A stretch of 64,000 nt of DNA from Candidatus Sumerlaeia bacterium (GTDB lineage: Bacteria; Sumerlaeota; Sumerlaeia; SLMS01; JANRJK01), in NCBI GenBank assembly GCA_033764015.1, contig JANRJK010000055.1, positions 64,001 to 128,000 of the forward strand. The letters are read 5' to 3'. The first letter of the stretch is position 1; each line of letters opens with the position of its first letter. The translations under genes and the position numbers were made by a program. Positions 60,822 through 64,000 of the stretch are shown here, piece by piece. Under the pieces are notes generated by a model that was given only the letters and a program-made list of their open reading frames with translations, had not been told where the DNA came from and did not search any database.

Positions 60822-62279
60822 TTGGCCCGGACATCCCCCCTTCAGAAGCTCCGCGTGGACCGGCAGGAGGAGCTGCGCCTGCGCGGCCAGCCCTGGTACA
60901 TGGCCGCCGCGCGCTTTCTCATCGTGCTTGGCCGCCAGGTGGGGCTCAACCTCCTGCCCCAGCGCGCCGGCTCGCTGACCTACACGACGATCCTCTCGCT
61001 CTTCCCGCTCTTCCTGCTGCTGCTGGCGAGCGCCTCGTTCTTCTTCACGCCCGACCGCCAGGACGAGCTGGTCGACCAAGTGCAGACGTTCCTCTACCCG
61101 CGCGAGCAGGTGATCGCGGTCGGCCCCGGCGAGGCGGTCGACCAGGCGGCGGTGGAGGAGAACATGGCGAAGCTGCGCAGCTTCGTCCGCGACAGCTCGG
61201 AGAGCTTCCGCAGCAAGGCCGCGGGGCTCGGCGTCGCCGGCTTCGTGGCGATGCTCGCCGCCGCGTACGGCCTCTACAACGCCGTCGAGGGCGCCATGGA
61301 CGCGACCTGGCGCGGCGCCGGCGCGCGTTCGTTCAAGCGCACCTTCAGCACCTTCGCCACCCTGCTGCTGGTCGCGCCCGTCGCGATCGGCCTTTCGCTC
61401 ACGTTCACCGGCGTGGCGAGCGGCGCGAAGGCGTACCTCGCCAAGCAGGAGCAGGCCGCCGCCGCACCCGAAGCGGGGGCCGGCGCCGTCGCCGCCCTTC
61501 GGGACACCACCTGGCGCACGGTCGCCGTCGTGCTCGACAAGGTGGACTTCGTGGTGCCCGTCCTGCTGAACGGGTTGTTCTTCGCGATGGCCTACTTTTT
61601 CATCCCGACGGCGCGGGTGCGCTGGGGGGCGGCCTTCGCCGGCGGACTCTTCGCGGGCCTGCTATGGGAGGTGTCCAAGGCGGGCTTCGCCACCTACGTC
61701 TTCTCGAGCGCGCTCAACCGCGAGATCTTCGCCTCGCTCGGCGCGATCCCGATCTTCCTCATCTGGATCTACTTCTCTTGGGCGATCTTCCTGCTGGGGA
61801 ACGAGTTCGCCTACGTGGCGCAGCACTTCTACGCGCTGGCCGCGGACCATTTCCTCAAGCGCCCCGTGGTGCCCTACGACGCGCGGCTCCTCGTGGCGGC
61901 GCTGCTGGCGGTGCACCGCGAGTTCGGCGCCGGCCGCGGCGCCGCCAGCGGCAGCGCCATCGCCCGCATGCTGCGCCTCCGCCGCGGCGAGGTCGACGGC
62001 CTCTTCGCCGAGCTGGTCCGCACCGGATACATCGCGCAGCTCTCCGGCGACCGGCTGCTCCCCGAGATCCCCCCCGAAAAGGTGATGATCGCGGACGTGA
62101 TCCGGCTCGGCGAAGCGTCGAGTTCCATTGCGGCGCTGGAGGAAAAGGCGGGAGAAATCGTTCTGCCCGCGTTGAGGTCCTTGGAGCGCCGCCTCGCCAT
62201 CGCGATTCCGGACGGGGAGACGCTCGCCGACCTCATGCGGAGCCCGGCGTTGGAGGGCGAGGTGCATGGCTCAGCCTAG
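60822..62279 (+). CDS. YihY/BrkB family membrane protein with C-terminal wHTH-like domain
   Basis: AGSLTYTTILSLFP, AIPIFLIWIYFSWAIFLLGNE; TTG after GGAG. Confidence 0.85.
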   Translation: MARTSPLQKLRVDRQEELRLRGQPWYMAAARFLIVLGRQVGLNLLPQRAGSLTYTTILSLFPLFLLLLASASFFFTPDRQDELVDQVQTFLYPREQVIAVGPGEAVDQAAVEENMAKLRSFVRDSSESFRSKAAGLGVAGFVAMLAAAYGLYNAVEGAMDATWRGAGARSFKRTFSTFATLLLVAPVAIGLSLTFTGVASGAKAYLAKQEQAAAAPEAGAGAVAALRDTTWRTVAVVLDKVDFVVPVLLNGLFFAMAYFFIPTARVRWGAAFAGGLFAGLLWEVSKAGFATYVFSSALNREIFASLGAIPIFLIWIYFSWAIFLLGNEFAYVAQHFYALAADHFLKRPVVPYDARLLVAALLAVHREFGAGRGAASGSAIARMLRLRRGEVDGLFAELVRTGYIAQLSGDRLLPEIPPEKVMIADVIRLGEASSSIAALEEKAGEIVLPALRSLERRLAIAIPDGETLADLMRSPALEGEVHGSA

Positions 62280-62850
62280 CAAGGTCGAAGCGGCGGAACA
62301 GGTCCGGCAGATTGTGCGCGGACTCGGCAAGCTCCTCTCCTGGATCATCCCCATCGCCATCCTTGTGTGGCTCGTGACGTCCTTCGAAGGCACCAAGAGC
62401 CTGAAGAAGACCGACAAGCCCGAGGAGTTCGTCGCGAACTACGCCACCTTCACCTCCGTCTTCGCGTCCTCGCCGGACCGCGTGCCCTCGCCGATCGAGT
62501 ACCGCTCCTGGCTCGGCTTCTTCGACCGCGAGTCGCGCGAATTCTTCGAGGCGAACGCGTCGCGCATCGCCGCCCGCTTCAACCCCGAGGGCCAGGCCGC
62601 CATGGCCGGCCGAAGCGTCGAGGAAGTGCGCCTCGAGGCCATGCGCCTCGCGCTGCGGACCGCGCCGCTCAGCGGACGCTTCGCCGTCGCTCGCTCCGTC
62701 ACCGGCGACGACGGCCTCCACACGCTCACGCTCGCCGCGGGCCGACGGGAGTTCGAAGTCAAGATCCGCCGCGACGGCGAGCGGTGGGAGTTCCTCGACC
62801 TGATGGGCCAGCGCGAGGCGCTCGCCGGGCGCAGCGGCGAGGTCCAGTAG
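62266..62850 (+). CDS. Single-TM hypothetical protein
   Basis: One TM, host-like codon usage, GAGGT RBS. Confidence 0.6.
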   Translation: MAQPSKVEAAEQVRQIVRGLGKLLSWIIPIAILVWLVTSFEGTKSLKKTDKPEEFVANYATFTSVFASSPDRVPSPIEYRSWLGFFDRESREFFEANASRIAARFNPEGQAAMAGRSVEEVRLEAMRLALRTAPLSGRFAVARSVTGDDGLHTLTLAAGRREFEVKIRRDGERWEFLDLMGQREALAGRSGEVQ

Positions 62851-62858
62851 CCCCCACC

Positions 62859-64000
62859 ATGGCCGCCGCGCGCGCCGCCGCCGACACCGTGCTGACGGTC
62901 GCCGAGCTCACCGCGCGCATCCGCGGCGCACTCGAGGACCGCTTCCGCTCCGTCGAGGTCGAAGGCGAGATCACCGGCTGGACCGCCGCCGCCTCGGGCC
63001 ACGCCTACTTCACCATCAAGGACGAGGCCGCCGCGCTCTCCTGCGTCATGTGGCGCACCGCCCGCCAGTCGCTCGGCTTCGATCCGCGCGACGGTGACAT
63101 GGTGCGCTGCCGCGGCGCCGTCACGGTGTACGAGAAGCGCGGCGCCTACCAGTTGCAGGTCGCCCGCATGACGCGCGCCGGCGAGGGCGAGCTGATGCGC
63201 CGCTTCCTCGAGCTGAAGGCGCGCCTCGAGGCCGAGGGCCTTTTCGATCCCGCGCGCAAGCGCCCGCTGCCCCCGCTGCCGCGCGCGGTCGGCGTCGTCA
63301 CCTCGCCCACCGGCGCCGTGATCCACGACATCGCCAACGTCCTCCGCCGCCGCGCGCCCTGGCTTCCGGTCAAGCTCTGGCCCGCGCGCGTGCAAGGCCC
63401 CGGCGCCGCCGCCGAGATCGCGCGCGGCGTCGCGGCGCTCGGGCGCTCGGGGCTCGTCGACCTGCTCATCGTCGGGCGCGGCGGCGGATCGCTCGAAGAC
63501 CTCTGGGAGTTCAACAGCGAGGCGGTCGCCCGCGCATTGCGCGCCTGCCCCGTGCCCGTGGTGAGCGCCGTCGGCCACGAAACCGACTTCACCATCTGCG
63601 ATTTCGCCGCGGACCTGCGCGCGCCCACGCCGAGCGCCGCCGCCGAGGTCGTCTCCGAGGGCCACGCGGAACTCGGCGGCCGCGTGGGCCGCGCGCTCCG
63701 CACGCTCGACCGCGAGGTGCCCGGCCGCCTCGCGGAGCGCCGCCGCCGCGTGGAGGCCCACCTCGCCAGCCACGCGCTCCGCCGCCCCGAGACCATGCTG
63801 CGCGAGCGGCAGCAGCGCGCGGACCTCGCGCTGCGCGCGCTCGGGCAGGCGGTGGACGGCCGCCTCGAGGCCGCCCGCCGCCGCGCCGTCTCCGCCCAGG
63901 GCGCGCTCGCGGGCCACAACCCGGAACTCGTCCTCGCCCGCGGCTGGAGCATCGTCCGCCGCGCGCGCGACGGCTCCATCGTCGATTCCCCCGCCCGCGT
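62859..64000 (+). CDS. xseA: Exodeoxyribonuclease VII large subunit; 3' truncated by window edge and absent from the ORF track
   Basis: VEGEI..SGHAYFTIKD, VTSPTGAVIHD, GRGGGSLEDLW, SAVGHETD, TPSAAAE. Confidence 0.93.
   Translation, partial: MAAARAAADTVLTVAELTARIRGALEDRFRSVEVEGEITGWTAAASGHAYFTIKDEAAALSCVMWRTARQSLGFDPRDGDMVRCRGAVTVYEKRGAYQLQVARMTRAGEGELMRRFLELKARLEAEGLFDPARKRPLPPLPRAVGVVTSPTGAVIHDIANVLRRRAPWLPVKLWPARVQGPGAAAEIARGVAALGRSGLVDLLIVGRGGGSLEDLWEFNSEAVARALRACPVPVVSAVGHETDFTICDFAADLRAPTPSAAAEVVSEGHAELGGRVGRALRTLDREVPGRLAERRRRVEAHLASHALRRPETMLRERQQRADLALRALGQAVDGRLEAARRRAVSAQGALAGHNPELVLARGWSIVRRARDGSIVDSPAR

Overview
A very GC-rich bacterial chromosome segment, mostly housekeeping and envelope genes. 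These include queC, an Old Yellow Enzyme, a heterodimeric ABC exporter, Wzt/GT4/deacetylase, a pilMNO-X-Q operon, SulP, an orphan long-linker ftsZ, ybaB-recR, wecB, icd, thiC, WecA, bioB, oppD, YihY, a partial xseA and two CAT-anticodon tRNAs. Three visibly lower-GC accessory islets interrupt it (~28.8-31.1 kb, ~41.6-42.7 kb, ~45.0-48.7 kb). Notable structure not shown by the ORF track: (1) a TPP riboswitch before thiC with a ~57-nt two-hairpin insertion in the pyrophosphate-sensing arm; (2) a DUF433/DUF5615 toxin-antitoxin cassette bracketed by a 39-bp direct repeat of the thiC 3' end, with a frameshifted toxin; (3) a layered defence islet holding an antitoxin, a truncated PIN toxin, an intact PD-(D/E)XK nuclease and a decayed GmrSD/DUF262 pseudogene; (4) a bacterial XPB helicase plus a 923-aa p52-like/WYL partner carrying an AT-hook; (5) tandem secreted Ig-FGE (CLec-fold) paralogues sharing a ~70-bp upstream element, with a decayed extra Ig domain between them; (6) BioB with a SlyD-like His/Cys tail; (7) a stand-alone primase-type zinc finger. 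No CRISPR array, rRNA, integrase, transposase or reverse transcriptase was seen. All family calls come from motif recognition by eye, not database searches.
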